Shown here piece after piece: positions 24,560-36,886 of a stretch of 64,000 bases of DNA. Numbering within the stretch: position 1 is the stretch's first letter; each line of letters opens with the position of its first letter. The translations under genes and the position numbers were made by a program. This DNA comes from Harriotta raleighana (Eukaryota). The stretch spans positions 12,300,998 to 12,364,997 of the forward strand of contig JBNZDD010013731.1 in assembly GCA_050575255.1 (NCBI GenBank), in the 5' to 3' direction. A model generated the notes under the pieces. The model searched no databases. It was not told the DNA's origin and saw nothing but the letters and a program-made list of their open reading frames with translations.

Positions 24560-25488
24560 CCTAGTGGAGACCCTGCTGTTCGACCCAGCCTTCGGTCACC
24601 CTCCTATTACTACTCTTCCCACCCCACCCCCCACCCCAAACCCCATCTCTTGTTAGGTTTAGTCGAATAGAAAATGTGTTCAGTTACAGTCATCAAAATG
24701 GCAACTCTTTCCCTTCTCAAGACTGGGAAGTTGTGGGGTAAGCGAGGAGGCAGACAAAACATATGTGGGTAGATGGGAAGCTCTTTTACAATGAAGTAAT
24801 TTTGAGAAAACAGGAATGTTTAAGAACCAATCTGCTAGTCAAGATAAGGAAAGGACTAATGACAAACAGGGAAAGGGTCACCAAGAATTAGGATACACCA
24901 GGATGACCAATGGGAGAATAATCACATGTAAAAGGTTTGTTTTAGAGCAAGCGAGGCTGGTAGAGAAATATAAAGATAGGAAAGATAAGAAAACTCTAGC
25001 TCAACACAGCAGTTGGTTAATATCTCAAGGTGGAAGCCAAGATCTCCAGCCTGCCGCTGTTGTACAGAACTACTGGAACGAGTAGTATGTTTTCAGTTGT
25101 TCTGTTTTACAGGCAGGGAAGTGTCAATTATAGAAGCAAGCGCCTGGTCTTATGTTTAGTAAATAGGCTGAAAAGGGCACGAGACGGGTGCTGTTGTATT
25201 TTGTATGTAGTGAGGTAGATAGGGTTGTTATCTGTGACTGAAGCATTCAATGTTAAGGGGCTGCAAACTATTCTGTAATAAGTATATAACTATCTGCGTT
25301 GTTAATAAAATTGTGTTGCACCATATTGGATTGTCTGGTTATTTGATTTGAACCTCAGGGATCAGAAATCCCAACACTCTCCTGATCCCAACCACCAGAT
25401 CTGGTGTAGATCCCTGACTGTTCAGTGTCTTAGGGCATCCTCCTGACTTGAAAGGCACTATACAAATATAATTTGCTGTTGTTGTTGC
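24560..25488 (+). mobile_element. L2 3'UTR fragment split by the solo LTR
   Basis: CCCTGCTGTTCGACCCAGCCTTCGGTCACC plus a C-rich tract before 24650. It resumes at 25377 and runs to GAAAGGCACTATACAAAT..(TTG)n. Confidence 0.8.
24651..25376 (+). mobile_element. Solo LTR (726 bp) of an ERV or Gypsy-type element
   Basis: Exact termini TGTTAGG...CCCAACA (TG..CA with a 7-bp imperfect inverted repeat). 4-bp TSD CTCT at 24647-24650 and 25377-25380. CCAAT 24907, TATAAA 24969, AATAAA 25304. Cleanly interrupts an L2. Confidence 0.85.
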
Positions 25489-26804
25489 TTGTCCAGCTAG
25501 GACCACCTACCTGATAGTGCTTTGGCTTACATGATCAACAGATGCCGAGTGGAAAGAATCCCTGCTCCTAGAGTCTTGTCCACATCTTCTCCTGTTGAAG
25601 AGACAGGATGACTGTTCCATAATCAACAACACTCTGGAGATTGGGAGCCCTGAAATTGTACTAGAAACAATAACAATATATATTTATATAGTGCCTTTCA
25701 CATTGGGAGTTCTCAAAGGACTTCACACAGCTACCTACGAGCCCAAGTTGGGGGGAAGAGAGCTGAAGAATCTAAATGGGGGAACACACATAATTATACA
25801 ATACTGGGCCTTGTAAAATCCACTTGACCTGGGCTGAGTCAACAAAAGTAGGTCTTTACTATTCCCCTCTGAACACTGATGGAGTTTTAAAGTCATTGAA
25901 GAACCAAGATTGCATCTAAACAATCAGAACATTAAACTGAAGTTTAAAGGTTCCCATTGCGTCAGCAGCGGTGAAACTGAGCTTACACCATAGCCATTCA
26001 TGGTCATTTGATTCTACAAATTCTCATAACCAGGAATTGTTCTGTGCTGATATGACAGTGAAATGATAAGGAATCAACATAAACTATACAATATAACCAG
26101 TCATAAGACTGTTTTGGCAGAATTGTTTATTGCACATTTTGTGGGATTCTCCTGTTCCCACTTTCAGGACTGACTGCCCTTTATAACATTGCTATGCGCA
26201 AATTGGCTGCCACGTTTGTCCAGAGAACACAATCACTCCACTTTACCATAAATCCTGTGAATCCCATTGGAACATTCCTTCTGACAGCGCACTGATGAAA
26301 CTTTCTTCCTTTGGTCACATGTGTGTTTAATGGAGCAACATCTTCAAATATCTTATAATACAACCATTATTAGTTTGAAGTGTTATCTTGAGAAACTTAA
26401 TTGTATTTTATTCTTGAGGAGCAAACATATAAAAAAGGGGTAAACATACATGTCAGAGCCAAAAGATGGACCCAGTTTTAGCCTGCAATAGCATTTTGTT
26501 GCAAAATTAATGGACAATTCTTCAAAACAGCCTTATTAATTAATAAGTTGTTTTCTGCAGTTTTTAAAAATAAAATTAACATTGAATTTTTTTTTCACAA
26601 TTTGGCATGATCTCACATTTTAAGATAAAATGGATTTACAGGCTGAGATTAGATGGAATTTCAGATGTCACATTTCTTACTTGTTGCAATAACAACTTGA
26701 ATTGAAGTAGAATAATGCCTCAGAACGTTTTACAGCACCCGGGGGAGGGGAAAACAGAGACCAGAGAGACCAAGGTTTTAAGGTTTTAAGTCATGACTTG
26801 AAAG

Positions 26805-27060
26805 GCTGCTTTCATTGGTACAAATTTACAGTCAATTCTCTTTACAAAATAATAATAATAATCCTTGCATTTGATATAGTGCTTTTCACATCTTCTAGAT
26901 GTCTCAAAATGCTTCACAGAATATACTGTAAAATGAATTGACTATATTCACAGAATATCCTGTGAAGTGCTTTGAGACGTCTTAACAAAGTGATAAGGCA
27001 CTATATACAGTATATAATAATCCTTGCTTTTGATGTAGCACCTTATGATGTTATCATAAC
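26805..27060. mobile_element. Nested family A SINE tails in opposite orientations
   Basis: A + strand tail is interrupted by a - strand tail (about 26850-26948), followed by another - tail stub at about 27017. Confidence 0.75.
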
Positions 27061-27181
27061 TAATATTATTTGCAAGCTACCCTCTTACATATTACCTTTT
27101 AAAATAAACTTAATTCTGAAATAATTGGATTTTTAGATTTGTTCCTTCTATTTCTGCAGTGTGTTTAGCAAATTCAGCTCC

Positions 27182-28100
27182 AATTTGCAGATGATACAAA
27201 GTTAGGTAGGGTAGTAAATAGTGAGGAGGACTCTAACCAAATGCAAGCAGACATACACAGAATGGTGGAATGGGCTGACATGTGGCAGATGGATTTCAAT
27301 GTGGATAAGTATGAGGTGATACACTAAGCTGGGAAAAATGATAGGAGGCAATATAGACTTGGTAGCTTAATCTTAAGGGGGGTGAACGTACAGAGAGATC
27401 TGGGTATTCAAGTAAGCGAATCATTAAAGGCAGCAGGGCAGGTAGATAAGGCAGTAAAAAAGGCATTTGGTGTATTGAGCTTTATTTGTAGTTGCATAGA
27501 GTATAAGAGTAGGGAAGTTATGATTAATTTATACAAAACACTGGTTAGGCCTCAGCTGGCGTACTGCATCCAGTCCTGGGCATCTTACTACAGGAAGGAC
27601 ATTAAGGCACTGGAAAGGGTGCAGAGGAGATTCACGAGAATGATATCAGGAATGGGGAACCTTAGCTATGAGGACAGGCTGGAGAAGTTAGGACTTTTCC
27701 CATTAGAGCAGAGAATGTTACGCGGGGACCTGATAGAGGTCTTCAAGATCATGAAAGGTTTCGACAGGCTGGATAGGGAAAAGCTGTTTCCGCTGGTAGG
27801 TGTGTCTGTGATCCGTGGTCACAGTCTTAAGATATCTACCAAAAGAAGCATAAGGGAGGTTAGAAGAAATTTTTTCACTCAGCGAGTTGTTCGAATTTGG
27901 AATGGGTAGTGAGGTCTGATTCGATAGCTGCTTTTAAGAGAGAACTGGATAGGAATCTGGGGAAGACAGGTTTGCAGGGTTATGGGGAGAAAGCTGGTGA
28001 TTGGGGTTAATAAAAGTGACATTGCTCTGTCAAAGAGCCGGCACAGACTCGATGGGCCGAATGGCCTCCTTCTGTGCCGTAACCTTCTATGAATCTATGA
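27182..28100 (+). mobile_element. CR1 LINE, 5'-truncated (ORF2 RT C-terminal region plus 3'UTR)
   Basis: TTTGCAGATGATACAAAG (FADDTK). ORF 27382-27909: QRDLG..LYKTLVRPQLAYC..LERVQRRFTRMI..LRGDLIEVFKI..RRNFFTQRVV..WN. Ends TTCTATGAATCTATGA. Confidence 0.95.
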
Positions 28101-29699
28101 ATTTGGCTCATTCACAAGTAATTGCTGTCAAGTGTATTTACTGGCAAAATGGCACATTCAAATGCACACAGTGCAATTACAATTTCACAATGTAATTATT
28201 AACAGGGGATTGATAGCCCGAGAGTAACTCCCTTCTCTTTTGTGAATAGTGTCATGAAACCTTTAACATCCACCCGAGTAGAAGTAAACAGATGGAACCT
28301 TCATTTAACATCTCATCTCGACAACACCTGTGACAATGCATGAGAATTTCCACATGGATGTGTGAAAATTACATCTGCAGGTTTACATCTAATCTATTTA
28401 TGTAGCATTTCAAATGTCCCAAAATGACAATTTCTTAAATATAACTTCAATTTTGATACCTTTTATCTGAGATTTGTTGAATAGCTGGCTTCAACAACAA
28501 CAAAAACAAAATTTCATTTGCATATTGCCTTTCACATCGGGAACATGTCCCAAGGTGCTGGAAATTCAAAATGAAGACTGAATTTTTTTAAAATGGCCAA
28601 ATAATGGTCTCTTCAAAAGCCACACATAAATAGGGTGAATTGAGATCCAGATGGAATTTCATCCAGCAATGATTCAGCCTAAATTAGGAGTTTAAATCCT
28701 GATGTGGGGCTTGAAGACACAGCATGCTGGTCCAGATGCAAGAGTGCCGCCAAATGACCCCTTTGAATTTTCTAAGAGATATTACAGTAAATATCCCAGA
28801 CACAGTCTTGCTTTATTTGTTTTTGTGCAGAAGATGTAGGAATCAGGAGCATAAGCTCATCAAAACAAGAGCTGAACATTTTATGTTAATTTCAAGGCTT
28901 GAATGTTTGTGAGATGTAAGGAATGTGTTGAAAGAAATGATTACTGGCTTCACTATGTAGCAAATTGCTTTGCGATTGGCCCAGGTAGAGTTCCATTGGA
29001 AATGATGCTGAATAAGATATTATGTAACACAGCACACGTCATCTGAACCCAGGCTAGCTAGGGTTTAAGTTAAAAGTTTCCAGAAATGCGCATCAACGAG
29101 TCAGTGTTAAGTGATGGTGACACATTAAATTTATGTCAGGCAATTAGTTCCATATGTCACAAAAATATAGTTTTGAAAAGATATTTTTCTAACCCTCCTC
29201 ACCCCCAGATGCAATGCTCTTAACCTTAATTAAATATGTAAAGCTGATAGGAATTTATGGTGCACAAGATGCTTATTTAATGGGATATTTCCCTTTACAC
29301 AAGCAACTTGTGTGCCATAATTTTAAAAAATCAGCTTTGATTATTTTTAAAGCTGCAGACAGCTCTGTAAATCTACTAAAGGGAAATTAAAAGCAGAAGT
29401 TATATTTTATTATGCAAGTGATTTTTTTTCCCTCTTCCATTTGTCTCCCTGAGGTCCAATAATGTCCAATGCTCTTCTGGCCTCTCATGTTTTCTTCTCC
29501 TATTTCCACCAATTCTCTTCCATCCTTAACTGAACATGGTAACTCATACTGATAGCTACTTTTATGGGTGCTCCCAGCCTTATGGCACCTCAATGTGTGT
29601 TTTAAAGTGGCAACCAAGACAGTGAGTATTGACTGTCAATATGATGATAAAGGCATTGTAGCTAAACCTGATGCAATCCTCGTCTGAATGCATATATAA

Positions 29700-30140
29700 G
29701 ATAATAATCATTCTTTGACTTGATTTGTATAGTGCCTTTCACATCGGGAGATTAGACTGTGAAGTGGAGTATTTATGTTTTCGGAAACGAACAGAGCAGC
29801 CATTTTGCACACAACAACGATCAATTTAATTGGAGGGGTTTGTTGGCCAGGATGCCGGGAGAAACTCCCTTTTCTTTTTGAAGCGCTCTGAGATGGCGTC
29901 CGGCGTGGAGGGCGCTATATAAATCAAAGTTTTTTTTGTTGNTGTTGTTGTTGTTGAGTCATCCCATGAGATTTTTATTGTCCACCTGAACAGGCAGAGG
30001 GGACCTGAATTGAATGTTTCATCCGAAACACAGCACCTCCAACAATGCATCACACCCCAGTACGACATGAGAGTATTGTCCTGGCAAATATGAATTCCTG
30101 ACAAGGGGCTTGAACCCACAACCTCATGACTCAGAAAAGG
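29700..30140 (-). mobile_element. Family B Deu-type SINE with embedded L2-type tails
   Basis: GCAGCCATTTTGCACACA..TTGGCCAGGATGCCGGGAGAAACTCCC..CAGCACCTCCAACAATGCA..CTTGAACCCACAACCTCATGACTCAG. A + tail with (TTG)n lies at 29881-29956. Confidence 0.75.
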
Positions 30141-30554
30141 TGAACTTCAGCAGAACTAATTAGCTCGAGATTTGAAGGCACAAAATTTAGCTGAAATCTT
30201 AGCCAGTAAATAATAATCCTTCCATTTGATGTAGAGATATATGGGGAGGAATTCCTCCTGGGTCTGCATTTATTCTAATTTTAGATGTCAAGAATTTGAC
30301 AAATTTGAATTAACCTCAGCTTTTAAATTCTCTTAAGAATTTACAAAAAAACTGCACTAAAATGAAAGCTGCATTTAAGAATTTGCCACGTTTGGACACT
30401 CTGAAACACTATATAAATAAAATTAATTGAGATCCAGGTGGATGAGATTTATTCCAGGCAGTGCCTTATTATGTCAAAACATCACAAAGCATTTCTTGTA
30501 AAGTGTAGTAACTGTCTTTGCAGGCAGATATGACAGCCAATTTTGCATACAGCA

Positions 30555-30740
30555 ATAATAACAATAATCCTTGCATTTGATATAGCGCTATTAATGTCTT
30601 CTAGACATCTAAAAGTGCTTCACAGAATATACTGTAGAGTGAATTGACTGTATATTTGTGGGTGAAATGTGGTAGCCAATTGCGCACAGCAGTGTCCACA
30701 AAGTGAAATGGAGTGAAATGACCAATTTATATATTTTTTT
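30555..30740 (-). mobile_element. Family A SINE 3' half
   Basis: AATAATCCTTGCATTTGATATAGCGC..GCCAATTGCGCACAGCAGTGTCC. Confidence 0.85.
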
Positions 30741-32223
30741 GTCAATATCTGACAAACAGCCCCAAATGAATAACCAATAAAATATACAGTAACCAAGTAC
30801 ATTGAGAAAAACAAGGTTTAAGATCAGACAGGATTCCGTAAAATTCTTCAATTCAATCCTAAATTTTTAAAAGAAAAGTTTTTAAAAGGTTTGTCTTCTA
30901 AAATTACAAGTAAATTTAAGGAATTAATTAAGAATTTAAGAATCTTAAATTTCAAGACACAATACTCTTTTTTTATTATTACCTTCAACTGAGAATGTCA
31001 AACCCAGGATTGTAGAGTTTGAATCTGGGAACTTTGTTGAACTGTATGACTCAACAGCGCAGAAAGATTTGCCTGCAACTTTGGTTGTTGTATGCAACAT
31101 ATAAAATGCAGCATGATCCTACTTTTAGCCCAACGATAGATAGGTTTGAGTGACTGCTCGAGAATACCGGCAAAAGATGTAGCAAACAAAAAATAACAGT
31201 TTGCATATTTGTTAGCATTCTGAAGTTCATCTAGTATTTAGCAGTGCTAAAAATAATTGCTTTTTCTAAATATTTAACTGATAATGTTGACATGAAATGA
31301 ATGCTGACAACTGTATTTAACATTTAAAATGAACGCATGTGGTGGTGCATTGGGATAGAGCACCCACAACAGCATCTTCTTGCTTGCCAAATCTCTTTGT
31401 GTGTTTAGTTTGCAATTTGCAGTTGTCAGAAGTTCTTCAGATCCCTTTTCATCACTGTTATTCAAAGAATTTATTTACTTAGGCGAGGTGACAGTGGGGG
31501 CACAAAAGCTTGCTTCAGCATCCCTGGTCTGAGAGGGGAAAAATACAAATATTTGCATTATTTCAAACTGTTTATTAGGTTTCTAAATTGAGATTTATTA
31601 TCTGCGTAATCTACTTTTTTTTAAGCAAAGGATGAAGTCAGTTGCAAGAAGAAAAACAACTTTGCTTTGAGATGAATTTCATCAGGATCCGGCAGTGACT
31701 TGTAAAAATTTTTTTTTAAAAGATTGAGATTTAGAGATCAACTGAGGCTCTGAATTTCATCCAGTGTTAATCTTTAAAGTATGAGAATGTTTGTGCAAAG
31801 GCCTTATAAGAAAATGGTGCAGAACTGTGGAAACTTGTAAAATTCAGTCTGTTGCTGCCCCTCTTTAATGAATTAAGACTGAATTTAAGATGTCTCTGTA
31901 ATCCTGTGTCATTTTCCTATGCTTTAAGACAAAATGGTTGTTGAATTATAAAAGTTTACACCCCAGAAGAATACCTTTTGGCCCATCTTGTCTGTGCTGA
32001 TTCACTGGAATAGAAATCCATTCACTCCCATTATTTCTACCTTTCCCCTTTACCCCTTCAAATGATTCCCTTTTTACTCATTCATACATTGGAAAGAAGA
32101 GTATGTGGTGGGGGAAGGGAGGAATAGTAAAAGTGTGGAAAATAAATCCTGTGGAATATAAATACAGTAAATGTTGGGTGGTAAGACACTGCCTTAACTA
32201 GTCACTACCACTTAATAAGCCAT

Positions 32224-32440
32224 GTGGAGTCCTGTGGGTTCAATTCCCAGCAGGGCAAAAAGTTTCCTTGCTCCGCACACCTCTGTTTACCTAGCAGTAA
32301 ATAGGAACCGAGTTTTTAGTCGATTGGCGGATCACTTTTCCGGGGGTAATAATTCCCTCCAAAAACAATTAATAACTTGGTCACTCAATCCACAACTGTT
32401 TGGATTGCACAATCCACAAATGCTATGTGCAATTGATCAG
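32224..32440 (+). mobile_element. Family A SINE, long variant with a head deletion and 3' truncation
   Basis: GTGGAGTCCTGTGGGTTCAATTCCCAGCAGGGC..CTCTGTTTACCTAGCAGTAAATAGGAAC. Confidence 0.8.
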
Positions 32441-32640
32441 GCATTTGCTAAACCATCAATACTGAAAAGGAATTTAGGCTCCTGACAGTTGACATAGGCT
32501 ACCAGCCTTAAAACATTGCTCATTTCCACAGTGGTGTCCGACTCTGGTCTGCCAACCTACGTAACGTTATTAAAGACAAGGGATTTTCTTCTGGTGTCTG
32601 AATTTTTAAAACTACATCTGTACCCCAATAGGTGCATACA

Positions 32641-32925
32641 TAATAATAATAATAACCCTTGCATTTGATATAAGGCTTTTCACGTCTTCTAGATACACTG
32701 AAGAGTGCATTGGCTGTATGTTTTGTGGGTGAAACGTGGCAGCCAATTGAGCACAGCAATGTCCCACAAACAGCCGTGGATTGAAATGACCAATTTTATT
32801 TTGAGGGATTATTATCAAGCATGTGGAGTAATGAAATTTGACCAAGGTTTCGCCCTGGCCAGGAACTGAACCAGGTTTCTCTCTTGTAAGGCGAGCGCTC
32901 TAACCACTGAGCTACAGGACTCCAC
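32641..32925 (-). mobile_element. tRNA-derived SINE, family A
   Basis: (TAA)n tail through TTGTAAGGCGAGCGCTCTAACCACTGAGCTACAGGACTCCAC head. Confidence 0.92.
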
Positions 32926-33079
32926 TTGGATACATTTATTAAGCATGATAATGCTAGTTTTCTAAATGTGTTAGACACATGGATTAGGAAAACAAAATTT
33001 TGAAGGAGGGTAGGTCACCCCAGCGGTCAAAAACAAAACTCTAAATAATTTTGTCCAGGAACACCATGGTGATTGTATT

Positions 33080-33800
33080 AATAATAATGCTTACATTTTA
33101 TATAATGCCCTATTATGCCATCGAGATGTCTGAAAGAGCATCGCAGGAAACTGGATTTGACTGTATTTTGTGGGTGAAACACAGCAGCTAGTTTTGGAAA
33201 CAGCAATGTCCCTCAAACAGTCAAGGAGAGAATTACCATTTTTTCCATTTGAGGGATGTTTTGGCCAGAACACCAGGAAGAACTCAATTCTCTTTTTGAA
33301 TTGTGTCATGGGATTGTAAGGGTCTACTTGTACAGGCAGATGGGACCTTGGTTTAACATCTCATCCAAAAGTCAGCACCTCCACAATGGACTAAATTAGT
33401 GTGTCAATTTACACAATGTGATTCCATAACAATAATCCTTGCATTTGATATAGTGCTATTCATGTCTTCTAGATCTCTCAAAGTGCTTCACAGAGTATAC
33501 TGTTAAGTGAATTGACTGTATATTCACAGGCAAAATGTGGCAGCCAATTGTATATAGCAGTGCCCCACAAACATTCATAGATTGAAGTGACCAATTTTTT
33601 TTGAGGGATTATTATTAGGCTTGAGGAGTAAGGAATCTTGCCCAAAGTTTTGCCCTGCCTGGAATTGAACCCAGGTCTTGCGCTTGTAAGACGATTGCTA
33701 TAACTGTTGAGCTACAGGGTTACAAGTACTGATGTGGGGTTTGAACCCACAACCATCTGACTCAGAGGAGCGAGTTACCACTGAGCCAGGCTGAGCCAGG
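33080..33800 (-). mobile_element. Family B Deu-type SINE with a full family A SINE nested at 33427-33722
   Basis: The family B body runs to GTGTCAATTTACACAATGTG and resumes at CAAGTACTGATGTGGGGTTTGAACCCACAACCATCTGACTCAGAGG. The nesting shows this A copy inserted after the B copy. Confidence 0.85.
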
Positions 33801-35029
33801 CTAATTATAAGATCCTAACAAACAACAACCAGCTGAGATTGAAGATCAGGGTAGACCAAGAACTGAAGCCAGAAGCTTTCTGCTCTGTTTGACACACAGT
33901 GGTGGTTTTTTACTCTCTGAAGCTTCAAATCTTGTGACTGTTATCTAATCAGAAAATACTTTCCTAATGAAAATAATATCTTGAGAGAAACAGATTTATT
34001 TACTTAAGCATCTGGCGCTGAAACATTTGCATGTGTTGTGATGTGATGTGATAATTATGATCTGGCTGACAATCTGGGGAACAGCCCTGTCTTCGTCCAA
34101 ATGATTTTATCCGAAGTCGGTCGCTGCAGCCTACAAACTGGTGGCAACTTTATACCTGATGACGCACAGCGATTCCCCAGTAATTCTGTGCTCATTTGAG
34201 GGAATACTAGCTTAACTGTAATACCTTAAAGTTTTCAATTGAAACCTTTTTAAAGTTGTGTTACGGCCGCTGCCCTGAACTGGCACTGATTTGCTGGAAG
34301 CCACAGGGCGGCAGGTTCAAAGGTGCTATAATCGGCTTTGGGCTAACCTATTTGAAGAAAGCCAGGAGGGGCAGGGAAGTGATATCCTGCAGATAGAATG
34401 GGGCATTCCACTCATGGAATATGATCATTTCATGTCCCCTTTCCCACTTTGTGTATTCACTGCACTGAGCTGTTGGTGTACTGAACATAAACGGCGCAGA
34501 AACGGTAGGAAATGGAACGAGTTAAGTTTTAATTTGCTGGCGGCCTGCCTCCACTCCAACCTACTCCTTCAAAACATCGCAACCTGGAAATAATCTGCTT
34601 TGTTTATTACTGAGCAATAGCTCTCCTTTAGACTTATTCTAGAAATACCAGACTGGTACGGCAGTCATTTATGAGCAATCAGTGTGGGATCTTGCCAAAA
34701 TAAACAGCGTTTACTTCTGTCACATTTACTCAGCTGAACACATTATCAGCCTCCTTAGCCTGACACACAACATTGGAACTGCATCGATCTGACCTGCATT
34801 TGCTTCCAATCAACAATCATCTGCCTGGGCCCTTAGCCTTGTACTGTTAACAACAGTGTTTTACAGCAATCAGTGCAAAGTAGGACACACTACTCGGCAG
34901 CTCATCTGTGCAATTAGTTTCGCCCATGCAATGCATTCAATTTGTTTTACAGTAAATCGGGTGAAGCAGTTTGAGGGGTATCGAAGACGTGATAAGGCGC
35001 TTTTCTCAAATGCAGGGATTGTTGTTATT

Positions 35030-35660
35030 ATGTTTATATGTGCCTTTCACATCTCCAAGCACTTCACAGCAGACTGGGTACCCAAGCGTGGGAGGTGGGG
35101 GCATGTTGGTAGCTGAAGAGGATGAAAGAGAAGAAAAATGACCAAAATTGCAGTTGCCAAAGATAGGTCTCAACACATTCTTAAAGATGTAATGGGAAAG
35201 AACAAGATGAAGAATTTTTTTTTGGAGGGGCGGGGTGCAAAGGGGTGGTCAGACGGGGGTCTGACACATGCAAATGAAGGAGGAATGGCTGAGGTCGGCA
35301 CCAACAAAAACAACAACAAAATTACATCAGGAGGAAGTCCCAAGGAGCTGGACAGTCAATGTTTCAAGACCCGAGTTAGGGTCGGGAAGGGGAAGGATGC
35401 AACGAAAAGAGGGGATTTGGGGTGACCAATAGGAACATCAAAGAGGAAGGTCTTGAGCAGAGGGAGAAGCTGGGTTTGTATGTTTGTAGGAGGTTACAGG
35501 CTGCTTGTAGGATGGGGCAAGACGATGGTGAGATTTGGATTTGAGAATGGGGGATATTAAGTTCAACTCGTTGGGGGGTGGGGAGCAGAGTAAGGATGGG
35601 GGTGATCGGCGTATGGAGCATGGTGCTGGAGAGGGCAGGGGTTGCAGAGTGCTGATGGTG
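35030..35660 (-). mobile_element. L2 3' fragments, at least two
   Basis: Tail ACAACAACAAAATTACA at about 35310, G-rich reverse-complement 3'UTR, reverse-complement C-terminal ORF2 motifs. Confidence 0.65.
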
Positions 35661-35930
35661 ACATTTTTATTTGAACACTTTAAGCCATCGGTCGCATGCA
35701 TTTAATAAAACAATCTTGCTAGAATACGTAATAAAAGCCCAGAAATGTTTATTTAGGTGTGAAAAAACAATTTTGATCAGGATGTTACACTTCTCTCAGC
35801 CCAAGTGTTATGATTGAAATCACCTGTGAGCCGTTGTAGCTTTGTGTGGTAGAGTTAGAGTTAGCCACAAATTAATGGGAAGACATGTTGACCTACAAAA
35901 CACAATGGACAAATAACCACAAGAGATACC

Positions 35931-36429
35931 GTTAATAACTTTCTTAACGGGTCGGCTCAGTCAAACAGGTGGACAAGAAATCCCATCCTCTTGGAACCAA
36001 AAATTTGCGTGAGCGCAACTACAACAACAAAATTAATTTGTGTTGTGCTTTCACGTCAGGAAGATATCCCAAGGCAGTGATTCAAAACCGAATTGGGGGT
36101 CTGGATTGGTGAGGGTGGAGAGCAGGAGGAAGTGGAAGAAGGGTGATCGAATGTCTGGTCAAAGAGGCGAGTTTTGAGATGGGATGAGTAACGGGATGAG
36201 CTGGCGGGACTGCAGGAAGGATTTCCAGAGGATGGGGTAGAGTGGCTGAAGGCTCGTAAGCCAATGGTTGTGTGGGACATGAAGGAGCCTGGAGCCTGCT
36301 GAGCCGAAGGAGGCATAATTTTATTGTTGTTTTTGTAGTTCCCTTCACCCAAATTTCAGGTTCCAAGAGGATGGTAAATATTTTTTCCCTTCTGTTTGAC
36401 ATAGCCGACCTGTTAAGAAAGTTATTAAC
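35931..36429. repeat. Inverted repeat with arms of about 105 and 114 bp (35931-36035 / 36316-36429) enclosing an L2 3' fragment
   Basis: GTTAATAACTTTCTTAACGGGTCGGCT matches the reverse complement of 36403-36429 at 26/27 positions. GTCAAACAG, CCATCCTCTTGGAACC, AAATTTG and AACTACAA are also mirrored. Confidence 0.9.
36020..36315 (-). mobile_element. L2 3' fragment
   Basis: ORF 36056-36352(-) TTIGLRAFSHSTP..HLKTRLFDQTF. Tail ACAACAACAAAATT..CTTTCACGTCAGGAAGATATCCCAAGGC. Confidence 0.85.
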
Positions 36430-36838
36430 AATGTTTCTGGTTTAATCTAGATGGCAAGCTGTTTCATCACATGAAAGGCGATAGTCCATCAAATGCTTCT
36501 GTTGAACTGTTGAACACAAGCTCCCCACCTCCCACAACCAACACCAGTGAAATGTGATTGACCTGCAACTGAGTGAGCAGGAACTCACAATTAAAGATCC
36601 TGCAGTATTTGAGCTTGCTTCCTGCCGAGCTGATAGCCGTGCAATGGTGAATTTGCAACACTTAGTCCTTTGATGTTGAACATTAAATCATACAAACCCA
36701 ATCAAAGGTTTGGTTAACATGCCAGAGGAGCATGTGAAGGGAAAGGGTCCACATTGATCAAATGTTCATTAAAATAATTGCTACTGTTTCTCACTGGTTT
36801 CAAAGCTTTTCAGTCTCATTTCCGCCTCAGACCATCTC

Positions 36839-36886
36839 CTCACACCTAAAGCTATCTCACACCTTAAAGCTATCTCACACCTAAAG
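36839..36886. repeat. Minisatellite, about 2.7 x 17-18 bp
   Basis: CTCACACCTAAAGCTAT / CTCACACCTTAAAGCTAT / CTCACACCTAAAG. Confidence 0.9.

Noticed and set aside
20524-28100. Inverted CR1 copies as arms of a composite transposon
   Set aside because: They are diverged, truncated at different points, each has its own 3' repeat, and no shared TSD is visible.
36839-36886. Short periodic repeats as a CRISPR-like array
   Set aside because: There are no spacers, no cas genes, and the context is vertebrate. It is an ordinary minisatellite.
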